Source: Flavobacteriales bacterium (GTDB lineage: Bacteria > Bacteroidota > Bacteroidia > Flavobacteriales_F > PHOS-HE28). Taken from it: 64,000 nucleotides of DNA. The stretch is taken from contig JAMLHB010000001.1 of NCBI GenBank assembly GCA_023957375.1, forward strand, positions 1,154,245-1,218,244, read 5' to 3'. Under the pieces are notes generated by a model. That model had not been told where the DNA came from. It saw nothing but the letters and a program-made list of their open reading frames with translations, and did no database searches. The stretch's first letter is position 1; each line of letters starts with the position of its first letter. Made by a program: the position numbers and the translations under genes. Positions 44,229-54,707 of the stretch are shown piece after piece.

Positions 44229-47200
44229 TCGCCAGCATCTCCGCCTGCCTTAACACCAGCTCCGTGGCCAGCTTCTGCATATCGGGAGGATAGCCGAAGT
44301 GCCGCAGTGTCCGCTTCACGATCACCTTCAGCTTCGCCTTCACGCTCTCCTTGATCGTCCAGTCGATACTGGCGTTCTGGCGCACGCGCTCGGTGAGGAC
44401 CACGGCCAGTTCGCGGAGCTTCTCCTGTTGCATCAGCTCCTTGGCGCTGTCATTGTTCGCCACGGCGGTGTAGAAGGCGTACTCGTATTCGCTGAGACCC
44501 ATATCGGCGGCCTGCTTGTCGCCGGCGGTGATCTCCTTGCTCACCTTGATCAGCTCCTCGATCACTTCGGCGGCGGTAAGGATCTTGTTGTGGTAGCGCT
44601 TGATGCTGTCCTCCAGCATGTCCATCAGTGATCGGCTCTGCACAATGTTGGTGCGGGCGCGGGCCTTGATCTCGTCGTTCAGCAACTTCTTGAGCACTTC
44701 AATGGCCACGTTCTTGTGCGCCATGCCCTTCAGCTCAAACAGGAATTCCTCGCTGAGCACGGAGATGTCCGGCTTCTTGATGCCCGCCGCATCGTACACG
44801 TCGATCACCTTGTCACTCACCAACGCCTGGTCGATCACCTGCCGGATGGTGGTCTCCAACTCCTCATCGGTACGACCGCCTCCGGTACCGTCGAACTTCA
44901 CGAGACGGGCCTTCACGGCTTGGAAGAAGCCGACCTCGTCCTTCACGTCCATCGCCTGGTCGTGCGGGATGGCGATGGCGAAGGCCTTGCTGAGCGCCGT
45001 GACCTCGTTTATGTACCGCCGCTTGCCGTCCTCCAGGCCGAGGATGTGTTCTTCAGCGGCAAGGATCAGCGACAACTTCTTCGCCGTATCCGCTTGGAAG
45101 TAGTCCTCGTAGGGGAAGCCGCTGTACAGGTTGGCGACCACTTCCAATTTCTCCAGCATCAGCGTAACAGCCTGCTCCTGTGCGATGGTGGGGTCACCCT
45201 TGCCACCGGCATCGGAATAGAAGCTGAGCGCCTTCTTCAGGTCGGCGGCGATGCCGAGGTAATCCACCACAAGGCCGCCGGGCTTGTCATGGAACACGCG
45301 GTTCACGCGGGCGATGGCCTGCATCAGGTTGTGCCCCTTCATCGGCTTGTCGATGTAGAGCGTATGCATACTGGGGGCATCGAAACCGGTGAGCCACATA
45401 TCGCGCACGATCACTAATTGCAGCGGATCGTTGGGGTCCTTCATGCGGTCGGCCAGGGCGCGGCGCTGCTCCTTGGTGCTGTGGTGCCGGGCCATGGCCG
45501 GGCCATCCGATGAAGCGGCCGTCATCACCACTTTGATCTTGCCCTTGCCCAGGTCGTCGTCGTGCCACTCCGGGCGCAGGGCCACGATCTCCCGGTACAG
45601 TTCCGCGGCGATCCTTCGGCTCATGGCCACGATCATGCCCTTGCCCTCAAAGACCTCCTGCCGCTGCTCGAAGTGCGCCACGATGTCGCGCGCCACGTTC
45701 TTGATCCGGTTCTCGCTGCCGATCAGCGCCTCCAATTGGGTCCACTTGGCCTTGGCCTTCTGTGTGTCGGTGAGTTCCTCCTTGCCCAACTCATCGTCCA
45801 GGTCTTTGATCAGCTGCTTGCCTTCCTCGCTCAGGTTCACCTTGGCCAAGCGGCTCTCGTAGTAGATGCGCACGGTGGCGCCGTCCTCCACGGCCTGCGC
45901 GATGTCGTACACATCCACGTAGTTCCCGAAGACCGCAGGGGTGTTCACATCGGTGCTCTCGATGGGCGTGCCGGTGAAACCCAGGTAGGTGGCCTTGGGC
46001 AGCGCATCGCGCAGGTACTTGGCGAAGCCGTAGACGATCTTGCTGCCGACCACTTCGCCCGCTTCGTCCTTCACATCCACGTTGCGGGCCTTGAAACCGT
46101 ATTGTGTGCGGTGCGCTTCGTCGGCGATCACCACGATGTTCTCGCGGGCGCTCAACTGATCATACACGTTTCCCTCCTCGGGCTGGAACTTCTGGATGGT
46201 CGTGAACACCACGCCGCCGCTGGCCACCTTCAGCAACTCCTTCAGGTGGTCGCGGCTTTCGGCCTGCACGGGTTCCTGCCGCAGCAGTTGCACGCTTGCC
46301 GCGAAGGTGTCGAAGAGCTGGTCGTCCAGGTCGTTGCGGTCGGTGATCACAACGATGGTCGGATTGTTCAGCGCCAGCACGATCTTGCCGGTGTAGAACA
46401 CCATGCTCAGGCTTTTGCCGCTGCCTTGGGTGTGCCATACCACACCGCCTTTGCGGTCACCGGTGGGTTGCTGGTTTACACCGGGTAGGCCATAGCTCTC
46501 CGGTGATTCCGCCACCATCGACACATCGCCCGTGGTGCTCGTTGACGGAGCCTTGTAGCCTGCCGCCCTGAGCGTGCTCGCCACCGCCCGGTTCACCGCG
46601 TAGTACTGGTGGTACGCGGCGATCTTCTTTACCGTGGTGATGGTGTTGATGCCCGTCTTCGGGTCTTCCTTCTTGCTGCGCTCGAACACGATGAAGTGGC
46701 GCACCAGATCGAGCAGCGTCTCCTTGTTGAGCATGCCCACGATCAGCGTTTCCAACTGACCGATCAACGGCGAGGCTTCCACCTTGCCATCGCTGGTCTT
46801 CCAGCTCATGTACCGGCTATAACCGCTGCTCACCGTGCCGGCCTTGGCCTCCAGGCCGTCGCTGATCACCGTCACACAGTTGTAGGTGAACAGGCCGGGG
46901 ATGGTCTCCTTGTAGGTCTCCACCTGCTTGTAGGCGCTGCGGATGCTCGCCTTCTCATCGGCGGCGTTCTTCAGCTCCATCAGCACCAGCGGCAGGCCGT
47001 TCACGAACAGCAGTACATCCGGCCGCTTGTTCTTGCCGTTCTCCACCACGGTGTATTGGTTCACCACTAATAAGTCGTTGTTGGCGGGGTCGGTGAAATC
47101 CACCAGCCACACCAGGTCGCCGCGGGTGTTGCCGTCCTGCTGGTAGTCCACCTTCACGCCTTCGGTGAGCATGCGGTGGAAGACCTCGTTGTTCACCAGC

Positions 47201-47439
47201 AGCTCCGGGCTGGCGATGCGCGCCACCTGCTTCACCGCCTCCTCCTGTGCCGCTGCCGGTATGCGCGGGTTGATGCGCCGCACGGCCGCGCGCAGGCGCT
47301 CCATCAGCAGCACCGGCTCGTGGCTGGCACGCTCGGGCTGCTCGCCGTCGTGCGCGATGCAGGGCCCGTACTGGTAGGCGTAGCCCAGCTCGCGCAAGCG
47401 CCCAATGGCGAACTGTTCGATCTGGTCTTCGGTCATCAC
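44212..47439 (-). CDS. hsdR: type I restriction enzyme R subunit (HsdR)
   Basis: 1075 aa with an N-terminal nuclease/res domain, a DEAD-like helicase (…VITDRNDLDDQ…, …VVIADEAHRTQYG…) and a C-terminal HsdR_C region. GTG/ATG start 1 nt after the upstream ORF's stop. Confidence 0.9.
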   Translation of the reverse strand: MMTEDQIEQFAIGRLRELGYAYQYGPCIAHDGEQPERASHEPVLLMERLRAAVRRINPRIPAAAQEEAVKQVARIASPELLVNNEVFHRMLTEGVKVDYQQDGNTRGDLVWLVDFTDPANNDLLVVNQYTVVENGKNKRPDVLLFVNGLPLVLMELKNAADEKASIRSAYKQVETYKETIPGLFTYNCVTVISDGLEAKAGTVSSGYSRYMSWKTSDGKVEASPLIGQLETLIVGMLNKETLLDLVRHFIVFERSKKEDPKTGINTITTVKKIAAYHQYYAVNRAVASTLRAAGYKAPSTSTTGDVSMVAESPESYGLPGVNQQPTGDRKGGVVWHTQGSGKSLSMVFYTGKIVLALNNPTIVVITDRNDLDDQLFDTFAASVQLLRQEPVQAESRDHLKELLKVASGGVVFTTIQKFQPEEGNVYDQLSARENIVVIADEAHRTQYGFKARNVDVKDEAGEVVGSKIVYGFAKYLRDALPKATYLGFTGTPIESTDVNTPAVFGNYVDVYDIAQAVEDGATVRIYYESRLAKVNLSEEGKQLIKDLDDELGKEELTDTQKAKAKWTQLEALIGSENRIKNVARDIVAHFEQRQEVFEGKGMIVAMSRRIAAELYREIVALRPEWHDDDLGKGKIKVVMTAASSDGPAMARHHSTKEQRRALADRMKDPNDPLQLVIVRDMWLTGFDAPSMHTLYIDKPMKGHNLMQAIARVNRVFHDKPGGLVVDYLGIAADLKKALSFYSDAGGKGDPTIAQEQAVTLMLEKLEVVANLYSGFPYEDYFQADTAKKLSLILAAEEHILGLEDGKRRYINEVTALSKAFAIAIPHDQAMDVKDEVGFFQAVKARLVKFDGTGGGRTDEELETTIRQVIDQALVSDKVIDVYDAAGIKKPDISVLSEEFLFELKGMAHKNVAIEVLKKLLNDEIKARARTNIVQSRSLMDMLEDSIKRYHNKILTAAEVIEELIKVSKEITAGDKQAADMGLSEYEYAFYTAVANNDSAKELMQQEKLRELAVVLTERVRQNASIDWTIKESVKAKLKVIVKRTLRHFGYPPDMQKLATELVLRQAEMLANEFAN

Positions 47440-48719
47440 TAGCTGGACTTAGGGAGGTACCCTGTTAAACCCCATGAGTTCCACACCTGTGAAAACGGAC
47501 ACACTGACCCTTCATCGATTCTTGTCCAAGGTTCAGAACTGCACCGATAATCAGTGGATTGCCCCCTGTACTGACACGGGGTAAGTAGTTCGCAGCCGTG
47601 CTGCATGTTCCGCAATACCCGTTGTATCTGGTTGATGCCTAGAACATACATCTGCTCTGGTATGTCACCACGGCCCTTGGGGTCCATAACGGTGACCTCT
47701 CCAACGTTGTTTACCACCAGTGGTGAACCCACGGAACGCATGAAATGCGCGAGAACTCGGTTTTGCGCTATTGTGCCTCCGCTCGCAATCAAGGCAGGGA
47801 ACCCAAGCGCCTTTGAGCGAAACGCATGTGCATCCTTCACTAAGTCACAAAGCCAATTCACAACAGGCTTGAACTCTTCAGCGGGAAAATACTCAGCCAG
47901 TCGGGCCACAGCATTCGCGGCTTGGGCACTAAGGCGACCTTGTATATCGAAACCATCCCAACAAGCAGCGTACACATCCCAGCAGCTACGAAGCTCAATC
48001 CGTTCATCACGGATCCTCTCAAGAGTTCGAAGAAATGCGAGACCTGGGTTTAAATGCATGAGGGAGGCGTCGCAAAGAGCAATCAACCCATCCTCAACGT
48101 TTAATAGACTCGGAAGAACAAGCTCCGATAATCGTCGAGCGCCCAAGTATGGTAGCTCACGGCTAGGCGTTGGTGTGCCATAACAAGCATGCTCTATCTC
48201 AAAGGCCATACTTTCAAGTACTGAGAAACCGCCAAAGCGATACTTCACTTCTACACCATCCCTTCCTGCATAGGTCGTTTCCACGACTTCCACCCGGACG
48301 TCGCCACCGTGCGTTAGCACAGTCTCATGGACGATTGCCACACGTTTGCATTCTCCGCCCATTGCTTTGCCATCACCTGCAAAGACATTTGCGAACGAGT
48401 AGTTTGCATGGACGTTATCTGCTGCCTTTGGAGTTGGTTGCACCGGAGCCTTGAAGTCACCTTGAGTTAGCGAGCGTATTTGGGCCACAGCGCCCTTCAT
48501 ATACTCCGTCATTACGTGAATCAAGTTCAGGCCATAGACGGTTGATACATCCTGCACGAAATGGATGTACTCGTGGAGGTATGCCGCTTCCAAGTCTGCG
48601 TCACCGAGTGCATTTAAGTCCTTCAAGGACTTTGAAGTGTCGAGAAACACTCGCATGAATGTCGGGCGGTAATATCCGCCCGTAAACTCTAGGACATCGG
48701 TGAGTGCGCTTCTGTTCAT
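47439..48719 (-). CDS. hypothetical protein with HExxH motif (putative metallopeptidase-like), low-GC
   Basis: 426-aa ORF, AT-richer than its surroundings. AYLHEYIHFVQD has HExxH with a Glu ~25 aa downstream, and the C-terminus is Cys-rich (CELLTPCQYRG…YRCSS…CPF). It sits between hsdS and hsdR in the same operon. Confidence 0.5.
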   Translation of the reverse strand: MNRSALTDVLEFTGGYYRPTFMRVFLDTSKSLKDLNALGDADLEAAYLHEYIHFVQDVSTVYGLNLIHVMTEYMKGAVAQIRSLTQGDFKAPVQPTPKAADNVHANYSFANVFAGDGKAMGGECKRVAIVHETVLTHGGDVRVEVVETTYAGRDGVEVKYRFGGFSVLESMAFEIEHACYGTPTPSRELPYLGARRLSELVLPSLLNVEDGLIALCDASLMHLNPGLAFLRTLERIRDERIELRSCWDVYAACWDGFDIQGRLSAQAANAVARLAEYFPAEEFKPVVNWLCDLVKDAHAFRSKALGFPALIASGGTIAQNRVLAHFMRSVGSPLVVNNVGEVTVMDPKGRGDIPEQMYVLGINQIQRVLRNMQHGCELLTPCQYRGQSTDYRCSSEPWTRIDEGSVCPFSQVWNSWGLTGYLPKSS

Positions 48720-48799
48720 GATGCGATTAGGTTTGCACGTGCTTGACTGGACACCTCACAGGTTATTGACTTCATGCGCACTACCGAGACAGATGAATG

Positions 48800-51049
48800 C
48801 TAGAAGGGCAGGTCATCGTCATCGGCACTTGAAGATGGTGCACCTGGCAGCAAGGGTGCAGGCGGAACCACCTTTGGTGGTGGCGCATGCAATGCCCTGA
48901 ATGCGTCGCGAAACTTGTTCTGGTCGTTCAGTCGAATGAGAACAGGATTCTCACATGACGATGCCTTGCCGAAGAATACAGCGTGCCTCTCTGGAAGAGT
49001 GGAAAGAGTCCCGGCGTAGTCGTCGCCGATATAGTTTGAAAGGAACTCCATGCCTGTCGAATCGAAAGACCGCATAGCAAAGACGGTATTGCATTGGTTC
49101 AGAATCGTCTTCGTCACGTTTGCTGTTCGCTGCGTGATAAGCAAGCAACCCATGCCATACTTCCTGCCTTGGAGAATCGCCCTTGCAGTTCCATTGGTCG
49201 CGCCTCGATCACCTTCGGCAGCAGCAGCATTCCATTCGGGCACTAGCGAGTGCGCCTCCTCAAAGACTAAGCACAGTCGAGCCTGATCCACCATCTTATC
49301 CTGAACAATGGAAAGGGCAGCCTCAGTGACCATCCGGGTGACTTCAACCGGTGTCACATCCCAAATCCCAGCGGAGCGTTGCCAAGCACCTCCTTCCTGA
49401 TATGAGCGCGGTTCTTGCAGTTGTTTGGTTGCAGTGAACTCCGAAGGATTATAGATCTTGAGCTTCGCCGGATTTGTGGGCTTCATGAACTCAGCCAAGT
49501 CCGCATGTATGGCATTTTCCAAGTTCTGTGCGCTTCCTCCTTCTTGCGGGTTATTCTTGATCTGGTCCGCATCCTTGGTTGCCGCTTCTTGAAGTTTCGC
49601 CATTCGTGCAGTCTCTCCTTCCGCGTCATAGTAGTCTGAAAGCTCCTTCGCGTACTGATTGGTAAGATCCAGGCATACCACCTTAATCCCGGCAGCCATC
49701 ATTCGCTCAACAAGCTCGATAGATAGCATTGACTTTCCGACCCCGAGTATCCCTAGGATAGCAGTATTGTGCGTGACAAGTGCGTTGATGTCCTTAATGC
49801 TCACACAGTAGTCCGTCTTCGGGAAATGACCGATGGCATCTGGATCAGGCGTGGGTTCAGTAGCCTTCAGCAGCTTCACTGGCTCGTTCATATTGGGCAG
49901 CCACTTGACCAATTCGAAGCGCTTCTTCGTAGCGTCCCAGCGGCCGATCTTCTGGGCTTGTGCTCTCGCGAATCCATAGGTGTTCTTGTCCTTCACCGGC
50001 TCGTCCTGCAGCAGTCCCTTGATGACTTGATAGATGACGGACTTCCCCGCGATAGTCGTTTGCACAAGACGCCCTTCTTCGATCTCTGAGTCGGGGATAG
50101 TTTCGATGAACAACTTCTCCAAGGTTGAGTCCTTGGCGGTAATGCCAACAATGGCCTCTGCCTCGGCAACAAGCGCCCCCCGGTGCGACTGGTCGCCATC
50201 AAGGACAATTGCAGCGCTCCCTGGCAGGGACTTCAGTACAGCGATCGTGTCTTTGTCAGGCTCTGTGTCCAGTTTGATGACCCGTGCCAATTGATTGTGG
50301 TCACGACCTACATGGTTCAGCACCAAGCCAAGACGGTGGCCATCCACGGGGTCATTGATGGCAATAACCTGCCGTGGCAGTAGTGCTTGCCCATCAGCTT
50401 GGCGCACGAGGTAGACATTGGGATCCTGGGATGCAGCAAGTTCACCTGTAGCGAAGTTCAATGGCACGCCGGAAAAGAGGGCTCGAATTCTGGCAAAGAG
50501 CATGAGTCCTGTTTCGATAGGGGCAAATGCCGCAACGAGAATCCATGTAAGCAGGATCAAGAGCACTTCAGTAGCAGAGTGCCTGTGGAACGAGATAACG
50601 GCAAACACGACAAGCACGGAGAAGACAGCTCGCGGCGTGCCCAGCGCCTGAGCAATCTCCTTTGTTGCGGTACTCAAACGCTGTGTCCATTGTGCCTTAA
50701 GGTCGAATGTGAGAATAGCTATACCACCTGCAATCACAATGATTGCGCAGTATGCTAGAGCAATGTCAAATGCAGTTCGCTCAACCTGGCTCCAAGCATC
50801 CCAGTCTCGTACTAGGAACAACCCAAAGACTGCTGGCAGAGCATATAGCACAGCATCAGCTGGTTTGACAAAGTGCGGTGTATCCAGGCGCGAGCCGAGG
50901 ATCAATCCGAAGAGCGCGCTATAGAACCAAAAGCCCTTCTCATCAATCGGCGGAAACCACACACCGAAGGCCAACCGACTTCCTGCGCAAAGTATGAATA
51001 GCTCAGTAAGGAGAATGATGAATCGCCAACGTTGATTGAGGCTACGCAT
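48800..51049 (-). CDS. membrane-anchored HerA/FtsK-superfamily (DUF87-like) P-loop ATPase, low-GC
   Basis: Six N-terminal TM helices (~200 aa), a beta-rich HAS-barrel-like segment, then Walker A ILGILGVGKSML, Walker B CLVFEEAHSLVPE, and …GCLLITQRTANVT… Overlaps the hsdS stop by 8 nt. Confidence 0.6.
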   Translation of the reverse strand: MRSLNQRWRFIILLTELFILCAGSRLAFGVWFPPIDEKGFWFYSALFGLILGSRLDTPHFVKPADAVLYALPAVFGLFLVRDWDAWSQVERTAFDIALAYCAIIVIAGGIAILTFDLKAQWTQRLSTATKEIAQALGTPRAVFSVLVVFAVISFHRHSATEVLLILLTWILVAAFAPIETGLMLFARIRALFSGVPLNFATGELAASQDPNVYLVRQADGQALLPRQVIAINDPVDGHRLGLVLNHVGRDHNQLARVIKLDTEPDKDTIAVLKSLPGSAAIVLDGDQSHRGALVAEAEAIVGITAKDSTLEKLFIETIPDSEIEEGRLVQTTIAGKSVIYQVIKGLLQDEPVKDKNTYGFARAQAQKIGRWDATKKRFELVKWLPNMNEPVKLLKATEPTPDPDAIGHFPKTDYCVSIKDINALVTHNTAILGILGVGKSMLSIELVERMMAAGIKVVCLDLTNQYAKELSDYYDAEGETARMAKLQEAATKDADQIKNNPQEGGSAQNLENAIHADLAEFMKPTNPAKLKIYNPSEFTATKQLQEPRSYQEGGAWQRSAGIWDVTPVEVTRMVTEAALSIVQDKMVDQARLCLVFEEAHSLVPEWNAAAAEGDRGATNGTARAILQGRKYGMGCLLITQRTANVTKTILNQCNTVFAMRSFDSTGMEFLSNYIGDDYAGTLSTLPERHAVFFGKASSCENPVLIRLNDQNKFRDAFRALHAPPPKVVPPAPLLPGAPSSSADDDDLPF

Positions 51050-52229
51050 TGGCAGAATTGCTTTCGTTGACCCTCACCTCCCCGCTCATCAGCTTCGGCA
51101 GCAGCGTGTCGCGGAGCTTCGTGAGGCTCTGGGTTTGTATTTGATTCGACTTAACCTTATCGAACAACGACTCAACGACCTGATCAAACTCCTCGACCCG
51201 CTCCTTGGGGGGAATGATGAACTCGATAGTCTTAAAGGCCGACTTACTGATCTCTTGGAACGTGGAACCGTTCGCATGGCCCTTCACCGTCTCCATATTG
51301 GCTTTGAGCCAGAGGTGGATAAAGCGGTTCGAGTAGCCTTCATTCCCATTGATCGCGATGTAGCCTTGATTGACGGCCATGGGCACCGCAGCGAATGCCA
51401 TGTACCCGACAGGTGCCCGCGAAGACAGAAGCAACGTGCCTACAGGCTGGAGCCCTGAGCCGATCTGCTTCAACCCATCCTCAGTGATCTTTCTTGCCGT
51501 GTCAAAGAGGTAGAGGTGTTGATCCCCGGACAAGTCCTTCGGTGTAGTCCAGCAGAACTCACCATCCCAATAGGCCGCGTTCGCGGTGCTTGGGGTCGTA
51601 CCTCCCTTCACTTCCATGATGTCACCTAACGTTCCATCCTCCCACCCCTCCTCCGCCTCCTCCACGAACCACTGCCTGAACAGCGCCTCCGCCATCCCCT
51701 CCAAGGTCTTGTTCTGCCGGTGCAGCAGGTCGATCTTGGCATCCAGGCTGCTGAGCACCGAGGCGATGGCGCGTTGCTCGACTACTTCAGGTACAATCAC
51801 GTCCAGTTGGTCAAAGGCCTCCTTTGCAACACGCTGGCGCCCTGAAGTTCCTTGCAGATTGTTTGATGCGTATTCTTTGATCTCGCTCCACTTCGAGAAG
51901 TAGAGGATGAAGTCTTCATGTGATACTCCTGGTTTGGCGCGGAACACGAGGAACTCTGTTGACCCATACCCAAGTTCACCATTGAGTCCGGCCGCCTGAT
52001 TGATATTGCCCTTCTCTGTGCAAGGACTAATCCTCGCGAATAGAGTGTCACCCTCAGCAAAGCGACTTCCTCCTTGCAATGGTCTTTTCCTTTTGGGGTA
52101 GGCAAAACGTCGTGAAGGATCCATGTCCTGCATCTCGATGTAGAAATGCTCCTTTGACCGAGACAGGGTGATCGGTGGATTGATGTCCACGAATTCGCTA
52201 AACTTCATTTCCTTCCACTCACCCATCAA
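51042..52229 (-). CDS. hsdS: type I restriction-modification specificity subunit (HsdS)
   Basis: Two target-recognition domains separated by the conserved central coiled-coil (…[37 protein letters not shown]…) and a C-terminal conserved helix. Confidence 0.85.
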   Translation of the reverse strand: MMGEWKEMKFSEFVDINPPITLSRSKEHFYIEMQDMDPSRRFAYPKRKRPLQGGSRFAEGDTLFARISPCTEKGNINQAAGLNGELGYGSTEFLVFRAKPGVSHEDFILYFSKWSEIKEYASNNLQGTSGRQRVAKEAFDQLDVIVPEVVEQRAIASVLSSLDAKIDLLHRQNKTLEGMAEALFRQWFVEEAEEGWEDGTLGDIMEVKGGTTPSTANAAYWDGEFCWTTPKDLSGDQHLYLFDTARKITEDGLKQIGSGLQPVGTLLLSSRAPVGYMAFAAVPMAVNQGYIAINGNEGYSNRFIHLWLKANMETVKGHANGSTFQEISKSAFKTIEFIIPPKERVEEFDQVVESLFDKVKSNQIQTQSLTKLRDTLLPKLMSGEVRVNESNSANA

Positions 52230-54231
52230 CCTTCACGCTTTTCAGGTTCTTCAGGATGGCGCTGTTCAGTTCGGCCTCTTCCTTCAGCTGCGCGGCGAAC
52301 TCGGCTTGCAGCGCCGCGAAGCGCTCGGCGAACACGAAGTCGTCCTCTTCCTCGGCCAGGCCCACGTAGCGGCCGGGGGTAAGCACGTAGTCCAATTCCT
52401 TCACCCTGCTGAGCGGTGCCGCGCAGCAGAAGCCCGGCACGTCTACATAACCACCCCGCCCTTCGGGCACCCCTCCAGGGGAGGGGAATTTGTTGCGCCA
52501 GTTGTGGTAGGTGTCTGCAATGGTGTTGATGTCGGCCTCGCTGAACTCGCGCGTACGGCGGTTCACCAGGTGGCCCAGGTGGCGGGCATCAATGAATAAT
52601 ATCTCCCCCTCCCGGCCTCCCCCACGGGGGGAGGTGGAATGCGACCCAGCTATCTGAGCTGTACTGCGGAGGGAGGAGGAATGCGCGGCTTCGGCGATCT
52701 TGTCGAGAACACCGTTCGGGTCTTCGGCCCATTGGCTGTTGGGGAAGCGTAGCACGGTAAGCCCCATAGTGGTGAGGTACGCATCACGCTTCTTGTCGTG
52801 CTTCATTCGTGCCTCTTCGCTGTGTGGTGCACCGTCAAGCTCAACGACCAGCTTGGCTTCGTGGCAGTAGAAATCCACGATGTAGTTCCCGAACTGATGT
52901 TGCCGACGGAACTTCAAGTCCATGAACTGCTTGTTGCGCAGTGTTTCCCACATCGCCTCTTCGGCCGGTGTTTGCTTTCGACGCAATTCGCGTGCGCGTT
53001 CCACCAAACCAGCGAAGTGGAACCCACCGCGATAGTCGCGCGCGCTCCCTCTCCCCGAGGGAGAGGGCTGGGGTGAGGGCTTTTTCCTCGAAAAGAACCA
53101 GAGGCTGGCGGGGATCTGGGTGTTGAGGAAGAGCTTGGCGGGCAGGTTCACGATACAATCGATGAGGCCGGCTTCCACCATGGCCTTGCGGATGTCGCCT
53201 TCGCCGCTGCTCTTGCTGGTGAGGGCGCCCTTGCTGAGCACCACACCCGCCTGCCCATTGGGGCTGAGGTGGTAGATGAAGTGCTGCATCCACGCGAAGT
53301 TGGCGTTGCCCTCGGGCGGCACACCGTATTGCCAGCGGCCGTCGTTCCGCAGCAGTTCGCCGCTCCAGTCGCTCACGTTGAAGGGCGGGTTGGCAATGAT
53401 GTAGTCGGCCTTCAGGTCGGGGTGGGCATCGTTGAGGAAGGAGCCCTCGCTGTTCCACTTCACCTGCGAGCTGTCGATGCCGCGGATGGCGAGGTTCATC
53501 TTGGCCAGCCGCCAGGTGGTCTGGTTGCTCTCCTGCCCGTAGATGCTGATGTCGTTGACCTTGCCCTGGTGCTCGGTGACGAACTTCTCGCTTTGCACGA
53601 ACATGCCGCCGCTGCCGCAGCAGGGGTCGAACACGCGGCCCTTGTACGGTTCCAGCATGGCCACCAGCAGTTCCACCACGCTGCGCGGGGTGTAGAACTG
53701 GCCGCCCTTCTTGCCCTCGGCCAGTGCGAACTCGCCCAGGAAGTACTCGAACACGTGGCCCAGCACGTCGGCGCTGCGGCTCTTGGCATCGCCCAGGGCG
53801 ATGTTGCCGATCAGGTCGATGAGGCCGCCGAGGCTGGTGGGGTCCAGGTTCTGCCGGGCGTACACCTTGGGCAGCACGCCCTTCAGCGATTCGTTCTCCC
53901 GCTCGATGGCATCCATGGCATCATCGACGGTCTTACCGATGCTGGGCTGCTTGGCGTGGCTTTGCAAAAAGCTCCACCGCGCGCCGGGCGGCACGAAGAA
54001 GACGTTCTCGGCCTTGTACTCGTCCTTGTCCTCGGGGTCGGCGCCTTCGGCTTCCTCGGCCTTCAGCCTGTCGTACAGCTCCACGAAGGCATCGCTGATG
54101 TACTTGAGGAAAACGAGGCCGAGCACGATGTGCTTGTACTCGGCAGCATCGATGTTCTTGCGCAGCTTGTCGGCGGTTTTCCAGAGCTGCTTTTCGATGG
54201 GTTCTTCGGGGGATTCCTTCTTCTTGGCCAT
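52219..54231 (-). CDS. hsdM: type I RM N6-adenine DNA methyltransferase (HsdM) carrying an in-frame DUF559/Vsr-like endonuclease domain insertion
   Basis: HsdM_N (…[17 protein letters not shown]…), motif [11 protein letters not shown] and motif [10 protein letters not shown]. An internal ~165-aa block …[43 protein letters not shown]…LTVLRF… matches DUF559. Start at [10 protein letters not shown]. Confidence 0.85.
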   Translation of the reverse strand: MAKKKESPEEPIEKQLWKTADKLRKNIDAAEYKHIVLGLVFLKYISDAFVELYDRLKAEEAEGADPEDKDEYKAENVFFVPPGARWSFLQSHAKQPSIGKTVDDAMDAIERENESLKGVLPKVYARQNLDPTSLGGLIDLIGNIALGDAKSRSADVLGHVFEYFLGEFALAEGKKGGQFYTPRSVVELLVAMLEPYKGRVFDPCCGSGGMFVQSEKFVTEHQGKVNDISIYGQESNQTTWRLAKMNLAIRGIDSSQVKWNSEGSFLNDAHPDLKADYIIANPPFNVSDWSGELLRNDGRWQYGVPPEGNANFAWMQHFIYHLSPNGQAGVVLSKGALTSKSSGEGDIRKAMVEAGLIDCIVNLPAKLFLNTQIPASLWFFSRKKPSPQPSPSGRGSARDYRGGFHFAGLVERARELRRKQTPAEEAMWETLRNKQFMDLKFRRQHQFGNYIVDFYCHEAKLVVELDGAPHSEEARMKHDKKRDAYLTTMGLTVLRFPNSQWAEDPNGVLDKIAEAAHSSSLRSTAQIAGSHSTSPRGGGREGEILFIDARHLGHLVNRRTREFSEADINTIADTYHNWRNKFPSPGGVPEGRGGYVDVPGFCCAAPLSRVKELDYVLTPGRYVGLAEEEDDFVFAERFAALQAEFAAQLKEEAELNSAILKNLKSVKVDG

Positions 54232-54408
54232 GCGGCATAAATGGATGGCAAGGTAGAGATCGGGTAGCGGTGGATGCACGGTGTGGCACGGGCATCGATC
54301 AACAATTCGTCCGGACCTGCAGCCATGCCCGGCTCCAAGTACCGGTCAAGGGCATTTGCGCGCTGCCCATGCCCCACATGCGGGCTGGTTACGTGGAGCC
54401 GTTGCCGC

Positions 54409-54707
54409 CTATGCCCCCCGTAGCAGCACGCACCGCGCCTCCACCAGGCCCTGAAAGCCGGAGACACGGCCGCGAGGTCCACTACATCCACCTTGATGGG
54501 CAGGTCGCTGTCCGAGAGGTCCTGCTCCAGCAGGGCCAGGGTGGCCATGCCCAGTGGGCGGCCCGCATCAATGGCAATATCCAGGTCGCTGAATTTTTGC
54601 GCAGTGCCCTTCACCCGGCTTCCGAACGCCCATACGGAAACTCCGGGCACATGCTTGCCCAAGATGGGAAGTAGCATGTCCAAATGCCGTTGCTCCAGGT
54701 CAAGCAT
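54409..54707 (-). pseudogene. MNT-type nucleotidyltransferase (HI0073-like antitoxin), apparently frameshifted near its 3' end
   Basis: …AFGSRVKGTAQKFSDLDIAI…VDVVDLAAVSPAF… is the pfam01909 pattern. After SPAFRA the annotated frame runs on for >100 codons over hsdM. A +2 frame gives a plausible C-terminus LVEARCVLLRGA* with a stop at ~54409. Confidence 0.55.

Noticed and set aside
54063-54408. 3' 115 codons of the 214-aa ORF 54063–54707
   Set aside because: The sequence after …SPAFRA is non-homologous Ser/Thr/Cys-rich read-through overlapping the hsdM start. It is interpreted as a frameshift artefact of the MNT gene, not a larger protein.
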